Shown: positions 24,101-39,376, counted from the first letter of the stretch. The stretch: 64,000 bases of DNA from Octopus sinensis (GCF_006345805.1 NC_043008.1:51026001-51090000); one strand, 5' to 3'. Notes: generated from the letters alone by a model not told the origin. Numbers and translations are program-made.

Positions 24101-26658
24101 ATTATTTGAAATACATAATATAGTCTAAAATTCAGAAATCACACAACTAGAAGTTTATTCAGTTTTAATTCTTAGTTACAGAAACAAGCAGGAAACAAAT
24201 AAATTTATATCACGCACACAAAACAGAAAAAAAAATCCCAATAAGTAAAGCCAATCACTGACGCCTCTATTCTTAACGATTATTGGCAAAGATTTCCTTT
24301 ATTGACATATTGTTAATTGCTACTTATAGAGGAAATCAAAATGTACGAAAATAAACCTTTAAATAAAAACAAACAAACAAAAAAAAAAAGAATATTAGTC
24401 GACCCCTTTAGTTAGCGCCTGATTTCTTTTGTATCAAATTTTACATTCACACGCGAATTATTGTTTACAATACAAAAAAGGTGCCAAGAATTTTGTGTTC
24501 GTTTACGTTTCTATGCTTGGCTTTGATACATCGGTATAGATATTGATGCCTATATATGGACATAGCATCTAAATCTACGCAAAATATGCTCCGACCAATT
24601 TATATGTAAAAACATAAGTTTACGTAAGCAAGCATTACATTCCATGTGCATTCTACTTAGCATTTTTCCTTAAACGTGCTAGTTCTTCCTGTCTGTCCTC
24701 ACATCTATCTATCTATATATATATATATATAATATTAGATTAAAAACATGAAATCAAGATTATACATACATATTTGTATATGCACGTGTATATTCGTCGA
24801 AATACTGACAATGTGAAACTCGAAGTCACCATTTATGGTTCTTCACATTCTAATAAATTATGTCCCACTTTACTTTACCGGATTGGATATCTGCTTCCTA
24901 CACTTCCATTCATTTGTAAACATAAACCTGCTATATATCTCTCTGTCTCTCTCTGTATTTATACACTCCTTCCACGGTTTCTGCTTTCTAGTCATCTTGT
25001 ATGTGTTGGATTTTTAAAGATCTTTTGCTAAAACTTAAACAATACAAAAACAAAACAAGTAACCAATTAAACAAATATATATATATATATTCTACACTAG
25101 TAGACTTTGTTCACAGTAAGTGGAATGTAAAATTTAAAATAGCAAGTACACCAGCAGTCCCTCATATACACATTCATATTACGAATATTTCTTGACATAT
25201 ACTACTCCCTTTGTGTTTGAAATTGAATACATTAAATGCCGTAAGAAACTGAAATACATAATAACATAATTAGAATATTTTAAGTACATTTTATCCTGAT
25301 TAGTTTCATATCATTGGAAGGGTGATGAGTGACAGTCTTATGGATAAAGTTTCTTGTGCATTGACCGTTTGTTTAGAATAGACGTAGTTTCTGAATTACC
25401 TTCCCTGATTCCCTAAACCTCTTAGAGCTCTAGAACATTCTAGTAATACTCGTTTCCTGTCCATTATTTTATATTCCTAAAGCAATACACGTTGAATGTC
25501 ATATAACAGAATAACAGAAAATAATAACAGTAACAGAAAAACATTACAGATATACAAACATTTCCGAGTGCGTGTGTGTGTGTGTGAGTGTGTAACGTGT
25601 TTGTTTTATGGCGTAGAGTGTATTGTATGTACGTAAAAGAGTGCATAAAAGGGAAGTAATACAAACAGAAAAACACAAAGACGACAGTGCAATAAAGATT
25701 AAATGGGGAGGAGTCAATATTTATATGAATTATTTATATGAATAGCACAATTATCCGAAGTCATTGATTCGCGATCGAAATTTGACACTATTTTCAAAGG
25801 AATAATATTGTTATTTATTTAATGTGTTGACTTACGATACTATTATAGAGTAAATGAGCGAGTTATATTCACAAAAGCTTTAAAGACAAAGTGTATTGAA
25901 TATCCGAAGGTTAAAATCTATATTTCTTAGTCCAGAATTCAAATAAAAGGTAAGAAAAAAAAACCCGAAAGGAACGGAAAAGTAATACGATTCTAATAAT
26001 AAAAAAAATGGAATATAAGAAAAGAAATGTCATTAACTACCACAAAACAATTGATTAAGTGCAATATAAGAAATAATAGAATCACTTTAATTTCGAAATT
26101 ATCAAATGTGTGTGTGTGTGTAATGTTTCAGAGTGTGAGCTCTTGTAGTTATATGCATGTGTGGTACTCTTCTGCATCGCTATGTCCTTTAGTATATTCG
26201 TCTATGTGTGACATCAATCAATGGTATTGTATTTATATTATATTGTTACTAAGCTGACTACTTGGGGTAGGAATTATAGCAGCGAAGTGGATTAAAATAA
26301 AATGAGATATACGCTATTCACTTTTGACATTATAAAATATCATAATATTAGCCTATTCTTCCACTTCAACATCGTCTTTTTTTCCTACGTCTTTCTTTCT
26401 AATAACCTCTCTGCCCATCTATATGTACATCTATTACAGTAAAATTGTATTTTATGATGGATGATTCTCATATCACAGTTAACCAGTTTTATGTATATGT
26501 ATGTATGTGTGTGTATATAATATATGGGTGTGTGTGTGTATGTGTGTGTGTTTGTGTATTCATCTGCATACACTCAAACATCTATATATACATACATATA
26601 TGCATATCTGTATATATGTGTTTGTATATTCTTCCTTTCTTTATTATAGTATGCATAC

Positions 26659-26772
<114 letters not shown>

Positions 26773-28602
26773 AATGCAAGTTGCAGTTTTGCAAGAACAT
26801 TATGCTTCTTCTGTGGGGGTTTGTTAATAGCCGAAATAAAACTGTATTTTATGTGAAAATTGACTATAAATTCACTATGCACTGCAATAATATAAATTTT
26901 TGAGTTATTTTGAATTGGTAATTTTCCAGACTAATGATTAGGTTTATGTAACACATGTGAATCATTGGATAACTTTGATATTGTATGGTCATTCATTATA
27001 TTTTTTGTGTGTTTATTGGTATATGTTAATTCTTGAGCACAAATTCCACTTAATGAAAAGTTTCATACACAAATACTTATGCACAAAAGAAAATAATTTC
27101 ATTTTATTTATTTTCATCTAAAACTTTCATTAATTTATATATTTCATTCCGAACTCTCATGTTTAATAAACAACGTATTTGATATTTTGTTTTATATGTG
27201 TTTCAGTTTGCTCTACCTGTTTAATCAAATGTTCAACGTGAAGATTTACAGTTTAGATGTGGTGTTAATAGAGAATTAAGTGATACGGATGGTTTATGAA
27301 CGTTGAAAATGCTGTGGCAATAAAGACATCGGCAACGAAGTGACGACAATGTGAGGTGAAATGAATAAAGCGAAGAAGGTGTTTAAACAACGTGAAGAAG
27401 GCGTGTATATAGACAATACATACTGAAGTATTCTGCATAGTGATCAGTAAAGTGAATAACGATCGTGAAGGGTGAACCAAATGGCAATGTGTGAGGAGAT
27501 AAACAATGAAAATCGATGCCATTAAACGATGTTTATGAATGTGGGCCTGTAAGCCGGATATGCATGTGTGTCTGTGTGCATGAAAGTGTGAGCGAGAGAA
27601 AGTATGTTTTACACAACCAAACCGTTTTATTAGGGAAGTGGGGTTATTATTAAGCTGGGAGTTATGAGGAAGAGTAGTTTTTAAACCATTAATAGAGACA
27701 CTGGTTAGGAGATGGGCGACTTTTAGAGAGACAGCTCAAAGTTAAGACGAAAAACAGAATGGTGAGACGTGAGAAAGAGGAAGAAAGAAAACATAAATCA
27801 ACCAGTGATATGATTATAAAAGGCAATTTTTTAAAAGAAGGAAGAAAAAAAATGGTTTTAGAAAAGAAATGAAAAAAATATAAATATATATAAAGACAGA
27901 AAGAGAAAGAAAGAGCGAAAGAAAGAAGGGAGGGAGGGAGGAAAATGATATCAAACTGGCATTAATGGGAAAGTTTTATTAAAGCAGGGATACCACTGCG
28001 TAACATCAGCACCACCATTAACAGCAACACCACGACCAAAACCCACCACCACCACCACAACAACCACTACCGCCACCACCGCCGCCACCATCACACGAGA
28101 TGTTTGTTTTAGGAGGTAAGATATGAAGGTAGTTAAAATAAGAGTGGTGTAGTGATGTGAAAGGAAAAAGAAAAGTTTTTGACATTTGTGAGATACTGCT
28201 CTGTGCATCTCCACACTGCTTCCTCGACTAGAAACTGAATGTGAGGAGCCTGAGGATCAAACTACATCAGTGAACATCCATTATATATATATATATATAT
28301 AGATTATATATATATATATTATCTATATATATATATATTATATACAATATATACATACATACATACATATATATATGTAAACATAGATACACAACATATA
28401 TGCAAATACACCTCGTAGCATATATATATATATATATATATAGATATATATATACATGATATATATATATATATATATATACATATATATACATATATAT
28501 ACATACATACATATATATATGTAAACATAGATACACAAACTATATGCAAATACACCTCGTAGCATATATATATATATATATATATAGATATATATATACA
28601 TG

Positions 28603-28635
<33 letters not shown>

Positions 28636-28929
28636 TATATGCGCGTAGTATGTGCATACATATATCATAAACATAAGGCAAAACATTGATTGAGACAATA
28701 TAAACATAAGCATTCACATAATATATGCCGACAACAGCAACAACGAAGACAACAACAACAACAATAACATTAATAAAGTTACATTTACTACAACAACAAC
28801 AACAACAACAATAATAGTAGACAACATGGAAGATAATGGCTTTCGATTATGTTTTGTTTCTTTTTTGCTGCAGCCATCAATTACAAATATACATTTCAAT
28901 CACTGCCAAAAAAGCCATACATTTTCTAT

Positions 28930-29130
28930 TAAATTATCGACTGAATGTCCCCAGTGTGTAACTGGTACTTTATTTATCGACCCGTTTCGGGATGAAAGGT
29001 AAAGTAGACCTAAGTGAGATCCAAACACAGAAATTAAACATGCTAAGATAGATTCTACCAAAGATTCGTCTTGGTGCCATTGCATTTCTGGGTCAGTCTC
29101 ACAGTTAAAAGTTATAGTATTAAAAAAAGA
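28930..29130 (-). mobile_element. SINE variant, local copy 1
   Basis: Homologous to 31795-32035 and 32795-33035 (atgtccccag...aactggta...gatccaaacacagaaattaaa...gattct...tcttgg). Confidence 0.65.
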
Positions 29131-29304
29131 GAAACAATAGTGAACAATAATCGTGGACAAATTGAGACGTGAATATTGCTCAAGGAAAGAAAACAATCAA
29201 ATTGAATAGATATGAGTATTTCACTCAACAGCGAAATGCTCATATACACCATCTTGCTTAAGGGACTATCGCATCTCACGAAAAAGAAAAACAATAGTCA
29301 TACC

Positions 29305-29365
<61 letters not shown>

Positions 29366-29367
<2 letters not shown>

Positions 29368-29563
29368 TTCTACTAAGGGCACAAGGCCTGAAATTTATGA
29401 AGAATGGATTGGTCGATTATATCGACCCCAGTGTTTCACTGGTACTTAATTTATCGACCCCAAAAGGATGAAAGGCAAAGTCGACCTCGACGGATTTTGA
29501 ACTCAGAACGTAGCGACGGGCGAAATGCCGCTAAGCATTTCGACCAGCGTGCTAACGATTCTG
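29366..29563 (-). mobile_element. tRNA-derived SINE between (AAT)n tracts
   Basis: atcgaccccagtgtttcactggtacttaatttatcgacccc...aaggatgaaaggcaaagtcgacctcg...gctaacgattctg. Confidence 0.85.
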
Positions 29564-29576
29564 AAAATACGCCGTC

Positions 29577-29664
<88 letters not shown>

Positions 29665-30587
29665 TAATAATAATAATAATAACAACAATTGTATTGAATA
29701 CCTGTTAATAAGATGAAAGCAATGCAAGATAAAATGGAGTTGTTTAAAATCTCATTATTTAACGTTACTTAATCACCTTCTCATTAGCTAAACGAGATTT
29801 ATGATTTCAAACGATTCAAAAGATTATAATAATATTTTATAAATAAACCGTGAATAATTTTATCAACAATTAATCATTATACATCGCTTGTAATAATAAT
29901 GTTTATGATAATGATATCATTAATAATAATCATACCGATATAAATAATATTTATGATAATAGATGAATGAAATATCAATCGGTGTTTAAGAAAAAATATG
30001 TTTTCATTTAAAGAAGATATTAGCAATATTCTTTGAAGAAACGACCGGATAAATTATATAGTAACATATAAACTGTTGAACACCACAAACCAGCAACCGA
30101 CAGACCAGAAAACAATTCGGTAATTCATATTATTATAGATGTGTGTTATACACAAGAAAAGCATATAGAGTTATTAAGATGCAATTGAGAAATTGTAAGT
30201 AAAGAGAAGCCACATGGAAGATGAAAACAAGAAAGAAACAATAAAAAAAGAATGAAAGACAAGAAAGAAAGACCACCACCAACGAGATATATTAGTTTTA
30301 GAAAATATAAAATATAAAAATGCAGCCATAATTATAAAAAAGAAAACCAATACAAAATGCCTTGTTTTAGTAAATTCCTCCTACATTTCTATTATTTATA
30401 TGATTCAAGCGAAATTAATTTTATAGTATATTTTCCACTTAATTTGTTCTTGATAATAAATGATATGTTATTATACAATATCTACTTATAAGCGAGTATG
30501 ATTGATAACGTGGTATTTATGTATTTATCAAATTGACTGCCTCTTTAAAACAGAGTTTCTAGTTTCGGAAAATCCAGGTTTTATGCA

Positions 30588-30675
<88 letters not shown>

Positions 30676-30680
30676 GTATC

Positions 30681-30713
<33 letters not shown>

Positions 30714-30819
30714 ATATATTATATATATCATATATATTTATTCATTTATTTATCTAAGTATGTATGAATTCCTCTATCTTTCTATCTAAAAGTATGTATG
30801 TGTATGTATGCATATACGA

Positions 30820-31141
30820 GCACACCGTCGGTTATCACGCCGAGTGTCCCAGCTCATACGATCAGCGGAACAGCTTGCTCGTGAAATTAACGTGGAAGTG
30901 GCTGAGCATTCCACAGACACGCGTGCCCTTAACGTAGTTCTCAGAGAGAGTCAGCGTGACACAGAGTACGAAAGGCTATCATTTTGAAATACAGGTACAA
31001 CTCATTATTTGGCACCTGATTGGACTGGAGCAACGTGAAATAAAGTGTCTTGCTTAAGGACACACCGCGTCGCCGGGAATTGAACTCACAATATCACGAT
31101 CGTGGGCCGATTTCCCTAACTACTAAGCCACGTGCCTTCAC
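30820..31141 (-). mobile_element. CORE-SINE (OR2-like) with tRNA head
   Basis: Contains aaataaagtgtcttgcttaaggacac, which resembles the CORE domain; A-box-like tggcttagtag and B-box-like gttcaattcc on the minus strand; tail shared with the 51352-51735 copy. Confidence 0.75.
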
Positions 31142-31215
31142 ATGTATGCATATATACATACATACATATATATATATATATATTATATATATATATATAT
31201 ATTATATATATATAT

Positions 31216-31295
<80 letters not shown>

Positions 31296-31455
31296 GATAT
31301 ATATATATATGTATATACATGGCAAATGAAAGGCCGAAGATGGGATATATGAGAATTATTAATCCCGAGAATTCTTTCGTGTAGCATCGATCCCTCATAG
31401 GTGGAACACAAAACAACTGGCTCAGGAGCATCCGGCGGTGCAGAGGTATTTCCCA

Positions 31456-31484
<29 letters not shown>

Positions 31485-31486
<2 letters not shown>

Positions 31487-31625
31487 ATATAAAATCCGTT
31501 CTGTCTGCCTGTGTGTGTGTAGCTTCTAGGATCTCGGGCATCCTCCATCCGATTGCGCTCAAATTTGTTATGTAGACACCGACGGTATCGGCGTGTATAA
31601 AAATTCCAAAAATCGATTCCAGGTG
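31485..31625 (+). mobile_element. Possible Helitron/Helentron-type (DINE-1-like) non-autonomous fragment
   Basis: atataaaa, then ctgtctgcctgtgtgtgt microsatellite, then ccgattgcgctcaaattt, the typical layout of these elements; pattern recall only. Confidence 0.35.
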
Positions 31626-31726
31626 AGAAAGCGATCGCTAAAGCCATGGGAAATCGTTTTTCTTTGGAATAGAAAAAAAGTCTATTTTATTTCTTCTTTT
31701 GGTGGTGTCTCAAATATAGGTTAAAT

Positions 31727-31786
31727 CAGTGTTTCTCAAAGAGGAGACCTATGGGACGGTCAGTCAAGTTGTTTTGAGAAAATTTG
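31727..31786. mobile_element. Very small internally deleted hAT MITE
   Basis: cagtgtttctcaaa ... tttgagaaaatttg, flanked by ggttaaat and gtttaaat (8-bp imperfect TSD). Confidence 0.5.
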
Positions 31787-31794
31787 GTTTAAAT

Positions 31795-32035
31795 TGTTGA
31801 CACCGTCCATTGGACGGGGGCCTTTTTTCTCGTATATATATACGTGCACATTATTATCGACAGAATGTCCCCAGCGTGTAATTGGTATTTTATTTGTCGA
31901 CCAGTGCTGGAAGGAAATGTAACGTGAACCGGCGTGGGATCCAAACACAGAAATTAAAGAGGCTAAGACAGATTCTGCAAAGAATTCATCTTGGCACCAC
32001 AATGTTTCTGTGTCTGTCTCACCGTTAAATGTTAT
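31795..32035 (-). mobile_element. SINE variant, local copy 2
   Basis: Minus strand has A-box-like tggtgccaagatga, B-box-like gtttggatccc and the central domain, and ends at the palindrome ccgtccattggacgg. Confidence 0.7.
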
Positions 32036-32093
32036 ACTATTAAAAAAGATATAACCACGGTGAAATGAAGAGAGCCCATTACGCATATATATG

Positions 32094-32340
32094 GTGGAAG
32101 CGCGTGGCTTAGTGGTTAGAGTGAATCATGATTGTAAGATTGTGCTTTCGATTTCTCGACCGGCCGACGTGTTGTGTTCCTCAGCAGAACAGTTCATTTC
32201 ACGTTGCTCCAAGCCTCTCATCTAGCAACTTGAGTAATCCTGCGACGGATTTGCATCGTGTGCAATGGGGCATATATACGACATCGAAACCAGGAAACCG
32301 GTCCTGTGAGTCTAAATGACTCCGGAAGGAACTTTACTGT
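32094..32340 (+). mobile_element. tRNA-derived CORE-type SINE, diverged
   Basis: gcgcgtggcttagtggttagag head; gtgttgtgttcctcagcagaacagttcatttcacgttgctcca is the CORE-like segment. Confidence 0.65.
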
Positions 32341-32794
32341 TTTTTTTTTACTACACACATATATATATATACATATAATGTTTGTGTTTGTGTGTGTATG
32401 TGCGTGTCTAAGGTCTTGGTTTGTTTACATTCCCGTAACTTGATAGTCCAATCAAAAATAGACAGGGAAACGTAGAAGGCATAACAGACTTACAAGAATT
32501 TTCAGGTCAATTTGATCGAGCAAACTCTTTGAGGCGACACACCAGAATGGTCGCTATCAAATGTGAGAAACACAAGAAAAAATAAAAACATTTTTTCGGA
32601 ATTCTTCGAAATTTGAATACTGTCCAGAGAAGCTTTAAATACCCTTTTCTTAAGTTCTTCTCTCTTGACCAAGACCATTAGATACTTCAATTCTATAGGG
32701 TACTAGAATTCTGCATTGGCTCATTGCTTTGACCAATATCTAGAGTATTTTTGTCGTACTCAAGCTTAACAAATACTTGGTTTAAATGTTTGAC

Positions 32795-33035
32795 AACTCA
32801 GCACCGTCCATTGGACGGGGGGCGTTTTGCTTGTATATATATATACGCGCACATTACTATCGACAGGATGTCCCCAGCGTGTAACTGGTATTTTATTTGT
32901 CGAGCAGTGCTGGAAGGAAAGGTAACGTGAACCGAAGTGGGAACCGAAGAATTTAAAGAGGTTATGACAGATTCTGCAAAGAATTCATCTTGGCACCACA
33001 ATGTTTCTGTGTCTGTCTCGCCGTTAAATGTTCGA
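32795..33035 (-). mobile_element. SINE variant, local copy 3
   Basis: Roughly 90% similar to 31795-32035 at an offset of 1001 bp. Confidence 0.7.
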
Positions 33036-33595
33036 TAGTTTTGTAAAAATTCTGATTTGCTAATATGAAGAATTATCACTATCACATTCCACCAGATGCT
33101 CGAAACTAGCATTAGAATGCAATGATAGCAACGTCTTCACGTGTCTGGACAGGCAATCAGTAATCTAGAATAAAGATGGAAATTCGGGAACCATGGAAAT
33201 GATATCACGAGAAGGAAAAACTTGCTGTTTAACGTCTTTTTGTGTATTTCAAATTATAATAAAGAATATTACGTCATTATATGACCCAAATCATCGCCTA
33301 TAATTGCACCGATTGGTGATTCTATCGCAAGTTAATTATATCGCGACCAAACACATCGGCATTAATTTTAATCAAACCAAATGCATCATCTTGCGTTTTA
33401 TTTCTAAATAAAATTCTAATAAACACATTTCATAACATTTCATTGAGAAACAGAAATGCCGAAACGTATCATTTCGTCTTTTGATTTGGAAATCTTCATA
33501 AACGTTGAGAAGGGAGTAATTAAGAAAGGAAATTATCGATTAATTGAAGAGGATATCAACACTACAGAAATAACAAACCTATCATTCTGTGTACA

Positions 33596-33632
<37 letters not shown>

Positions 33633-34029
33633 GAGTGTGTTTGTGTGTGTATACTGAAGCGAGAGCTAAACGTGCTGTCCATTAATATCTGAGTCATTAA
33701 ATACTTGTTTATCTAAGACGCATTACAAATTTCTTCCTTCAGAACATTGTTATTCTTTCAACTAATTTAAAATGGTTTTTTTTTTTCATGTTGGGATTCT
33801 ATTTCAAAATCAAATTCGATTTCTTTTTCCTTTGTATATATAGACAATTATTTTAATATGAATTCTAACTTTTGCTTCGGAATTCATTTTCCATTGTTAA
33901 TAAAATACAAGATTATTTATTTTGCTAGCAAAAATTTTAATTTTAATTAATGTTCAACGATTTTTTTATTCTGTGTATAAAATTGGGACGACGAAATTAG
34001 CACAGATGCGGCTCTTTGGTAAAAGAATT

Positions 34030-34172
34030 TCTCTCCAAGTCACACGGATATGGTTTCAGTCTTGCTGCGTGGTACCTTGGAGAAGTGTCTTTTACTACAG
34101 TTCCGGGGCGACCAAAGCCTTGTGAGCCTATTTTGAAGGCGGAAACTGAAAGAACCTTGTCGTAAACACACG
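34030..34172 (+). mobile_element. CORE-type SINE fragment
   Basis: gcgtggtaccttggagaagtgtcttttactacag...gcgaccaaagccttgtgag...cggaaactgaaagaa. Confidence 0.65.
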
Positions 34173-34217
34173 CATACATTTATATACATATATGTGTATA
34201 TAATTATATGTTCGTGC

Positions 34218-34249
<32 letters not shown>

Positions 34250-34251
34250 CA

Positions 34252-34316
<65 letters not shown>

Positions 34317-34399
34317 GTACATGTATATATATGCATATATATATGTATGTATATGCATACATGAATATATATATACATATATATCTATGTATTTTCGTG

Positions 34400-34590
34400 T
34401 TTGTGTTTCTCACTCAACACCGTTCGACAACCGGTGTTGCCTTGTTTACATCCGCGTAAGTGAACGGTTCGCACACAGAGACCGACAGATAAAAAATCTC
34501 TTAAAACACTATAGGGTGAAATCGACTTAAAACACTATAAGGTGAAATCCCAATGTAACCGCAGAACAACGACCGAAACAAGTAAAATAT
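34400..34590 (+). mobile_element. SINE 3' part (gacaaccggtg...gtttac...cgtaa family)
   Basis: Homologous to 61948-62083 and about 32405-32460. Confidence 0.5.
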
Positions 34591-35263
34591 AAAAAATTCT
34601 TTCATATTTTAAGAATCTTTTCGTATACTATTGCCCATCTCAACCTTGTAACATCAAAATAATGCAGTTCGGAAGCTATTTGGTGGCTACATCTAGCAAT
34701 TCTAGGGATTATATATAGGCTCTCCGGTTCAGTCGAGGATCCTTCAACAGTTATAGATACTGAACTAGAATATTTGAAATGAACGAATCTTAATAAAATA
34801 AGATATATGTTATTCGATAGAAGCCTATGTGCTACTTTACCGCTCTAATTCTAGATAGTAATCAAAGCAATTATCCGACAAATTATTTATCTCTCAAAAT
34901 CAATATCAATTATTATGCTGATTCCCGATTCGAGAATGGAATTCAGAAAGAAAGCTATATTCAGAGGTAAAATGTATATCTTCTAAAGAAAGCATGAAAC
35001 CCAGTAGACGATGAAGCATGCATTATAGTGCATACATATGTACATATACATATATATATATATATATGTATATATATTTATATACATATATATATGTGGA
35101 TACATATATGTAAATATGTGTGTGTATGTCTACAAACACACACACACACATATATGCAGATGAAAGAAAGAATGAATCGCGTTGCAGATTACAAACATAA
35201 TGGTACAGAATAAAAGAAACATGCTGCTAAAATAGATAATTGTCATTTTGTTAGAGTCATGCT

Positions 35264-35303
<40 letters not shown>

Positions 35304-35449
35304 GAGGGGGAAGAGAGAGATTGTGGAGAGAAGAAAGAGATAGAAAGGGAAGAAAGACAGAGTGATACAGTGAGATAATGAGGGAGGTAAAAGCAGATAG
35401 ATAACGATAAATAGAAAAAAATCCGGTTCACCATTGCAACGGCAATTAT

Positions 35450-35488
<39 letters not shown>

Positions 35489-36680
35489 TACATGTGAGTG
35501 CGTTTTAGTGTAATAAACATATATTTAGATACATTATAGGTATTACAAGTAAGGCTATTCATCAGAGAATGAAAACTCTCTCTCAGTTGATTTTATTTAA
35601 TAAATTTCTGTAAAATTATTTTCCCCAAATTGTTTTTGTGTGTATGGGCAAGCCTCTATGTGCGAGCGTTCGTGTATGTGTATGTGTTTGTCTTTGTGTG
35701 TGTGCATGTGCATGTGTGATTGTATATAGGTTTGAATAGTATATTTACATGGTTACAATATAGATCGATGCTGATTGTAGTAAGGAGGTGAAGAAGGCAT
35801 TAAAATTTCATGTAAAGTTATAATTATTTTCTTCTGCAGAATGTTTTTTTTCTCGTTTAATCATTGCCTTTAACCGATGTCTCTTCATGAAGCTATAATT
35901 CACGCTTGTTTATCAGTGGCTTAAATATTTTTTTCTGTTTTAAATAAACTCTTGAATTTCTGAATTTTGTTATGTAATATGGTGACTTCCATTGCATTAG
36001 ACTTCATGCCGGATCTTTAGGAAGTGGTTTACATACGGAAATGTCCTAGTGTTTATTCAAAAGGAAACTAATCTTCTCATTCTTTGGTACACTGAAACCA
36101 CAAGCACTAAGATTCCTGCTACCCTCATTTAGTTATTTGCTAAGGTTCTGCTCTTCTGAAACATCAGCCAAACCCCTACTCCACCGGTCTCTGTTTTTTT
36201 CCTTCCTTTCAGTGGGTTAATCTCACAGAAGATATTTTCTTTCCTTCCAAAAACTGACATGGATTCCATCCTCTCTCAAATTTTTTTCTACTAAGACTGA
36301 CCTACAAGTATTCGGAGTGGTTATCAGCCTGACCAGTGTACAAAGAAATTTTATCTCCTAATTTAAAATTTTTATAAGTTTCTATAACATGAAAAATACA
36401 TCATTGAGAGCACAAACATATCCAGTCTTTTCTGTTAAAACGCCAGATCTTCCTTTTTTTCCCTTGTCTATTAACAAATCAGAATCTGTTTTCTTGACAC
36501 AGATAATCATACATAGAGCGATTTCATTCTTATTCGAAATCGTCAGCATGACTGTCCACGAAACAAAGAAACAAAACGAAGCTAGATATTTTGCCCGCTT
36601 TTCTTTTCTTTTTTCTTCTTTGTTTTCATCGATCGTTAAAAGTTCAGCAAAGTACGCACGTTAAATATATTACTGATATT

Positions 36681-36911
36681 CATTTCTTTATTGCTCACAG
36701 GGGTCTAAACATAGAGGGGATGAAGAAGGGCAGACAGAGGGGTTAAGTCCATTACATCGACCCCAGTGCATAACTGGTACTTATTTAATCGATCTCGAAT
36801 GATGAAAGGCAAAGTAGACCTCGGCGGAATTTGAACTCAGATCGTAACAGCAGACGAAATACCTCTAGGCATTTCGCCCGACGCGCTAACGATTCTACCA
36901 GCTCGCCGCCC
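36681..36911 (-). mobile_element. tRNA-derived SINE with perfect 19-bp TSD
   Basis: taaatatattactgatatt at 36662-36680 and 36912-36930; full head gggcggcgagctggtagaatcgttag. Confidence 0.9.
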
Positions 36912-37289
36912 TAAATATATTACTGATATTATAGCGGACACAACACTATAGCAATGTAATGTATTCTATAAATACTGCTTGCGGCGAACAATGTTATTCG
37001 TTAACCTATATAGAAATTCCACATTATTTCTATAAAATATACTAAACTTTGGTTCCTTACATTCAAACTTTTTGTCAGGTTTTCATATTTTATTCATGTC
37101 TTTGCGTTTAACCAATGTATTTTCGTTTAATAGATTTTTACTTTGCCTCTAGTTCGCAAAATTCGCTTCACTTGATTATCTACCAAACTTTTAGTATTGG
37201 CTAGTTTTAAGCTTATTTTTTTTTGTCCTCTGCGTTTGTTGTGTTCATCTTTTAAATATGAGTTATGTGCCCGTCGAGAATTATCCAGT

Positions 37290-37322
<33 letters not shown>

Positions 37323-39144
37323 TTACATTTATGAATTAAATTTATGTATTTGAACTTATGAATTTATATTTACATTCTTCTTAAATCGATTAATAAAATG
37401 CTTTCACTCGTTGTGGCCTTATACGCCAAGATGGTGAATTTACGTCCAGATTTTTATTCTATAAGGCAGGTGACGAATAACGTTATTTTCTATTTTGTCT
37501 TAGCTAATGCCTTTTCACCAAACAAAAATGCTCTTTGCTTTGGAATTATTGACATGTCTACATATACGTACACACGCACGCACACACACGCACAAATACA
37601 TTAAGGTATATGCAAGCATACACTATATGGATATATACATATATATATACATAGTTACAAATATATGTATATATGTATAAATGCATATTTATATACAATA
37701 TTATATATAACATATTAAACACATATACACACATACACAAATACACACACACACACACACACACAAACACACAAACATATACACGCAGAGAGAGATCTAG
37801 CGATGTAATTCTGTTGTCAGGAATGTTTACTTTTAACAAAAATCCGTCGCCATTTTTTTTTATCTTACAGTATATTTAAAATGAATACTTGTTGACATTT
37901 GGATTGCTTTTTCAGTTTAGAAATTCCGAAAATATTTGTCAAATATGAAAAATTATTTTTTTCGAGTAGGTTACGATTTTTTCATATTTCTATTTTTATT
38001 TTGTTCGCTTATTTGTTTTTATTTATTTCCAATATCTCCTTCATACAGCATTATATATTTATGCAGATCATATTGACTTGGGATCGGAAATATTCCAACC
38101 ATGACAATCTTGCCTTAGATTTTAGAAAATGGAACTCCGAAGTCGAAGAACACAATCCGAAATAACTTTCATTTCAAAAAGATTTTATTCTGTAATTTCA
38201 AAGAAATTTAGCTGTTAATTCCAAATTTCAACAGGGCAAGCGACCACTCACAGAATTCTTAATATGAGACCATATCTCCTGTAAAATTATCAAATAATGT
38301 GTCCGCCCGTTTTAAAAGATTGTACAATGTAGTTTGCGGTAAATGCGCTCTTATTTCTAGCAGGTCAAGCAATCACACAGCGACCATTTATTTTAAAACC
38401 ATATATCTTATGCCAGTGTTATTGAAGGTCTCTTTCCCTTTTAAAAGGTGGCATCTTAGAGGTTGACGTCTATATAGCTGATGTCTCTAGAGTCGAGCGA
38501 TCATTTTCAAGCATAATACTTCCTGATAGTTAAAGTATTTTATTGTTTTTTGTAGAAACATTTTAAATTGCATTTCCAATAAATCAGTTTATACTATAAC
38601 ATGATAAACAGATGTCTCTCCTTTGAATTTAGATTGCAAATATTTCATTCGACGTCAATCGTTAAGACTAAAAAGCGTCAACCATTTCTATTCGTACGTA
38701 TTGCTTTCTGCAACAAATCTCCATCACACGAACCAGCAAAATTGTTAAAGATAATGAAAACTACCTTGTGGTGTTTGCTTCGAAATTAAAGTTCTGAACT
38801 CGAGACATACACTGGTATAATTTCCGTTCTATCTGCTCCAGGATCAATAAAATGTATGCGATTCGGTCATTGTTTCTAGCTTGCTAAACAAGCATTTAGA
38901 GTCACCATCATTGCTTTCCGTTCGATTGCAGTAGCGCTCTGAATCGCTGTTTAGAATATTTTCCCGCGGGAAGTTTACGAAGATTGCAAGGTAATAACCG
39001 TTCTACTTAATGGGAGGAGATATTTGCAGACAGTTTAGTTAACGAAATATATTTGTTTAGTTATTGTTATTTATTGTTATTTCTTGTTATTACTTCAAAA
39101 AGTAAATTACACCGTTGCTCTAAATCCATTATTGAAATGACTTT

Positions 39145-39193
<49 letters not shown>

Positions 39194-39376
39194 CGTGCTG
39201 TGTTAGTATTTCAATTACGTTTGCATATTTTTTATCTTTATTTTCATTTTATTTTAAAGATTTGTCTATACAAAGGATTAACCTAATGCTTATAGTTAGT
39301 TGATAATCCGATTTATTCATTGAGCAAAATCATTCAGCAATTTCTGTTATCAATAATTTTATTGCTATTATTATTA

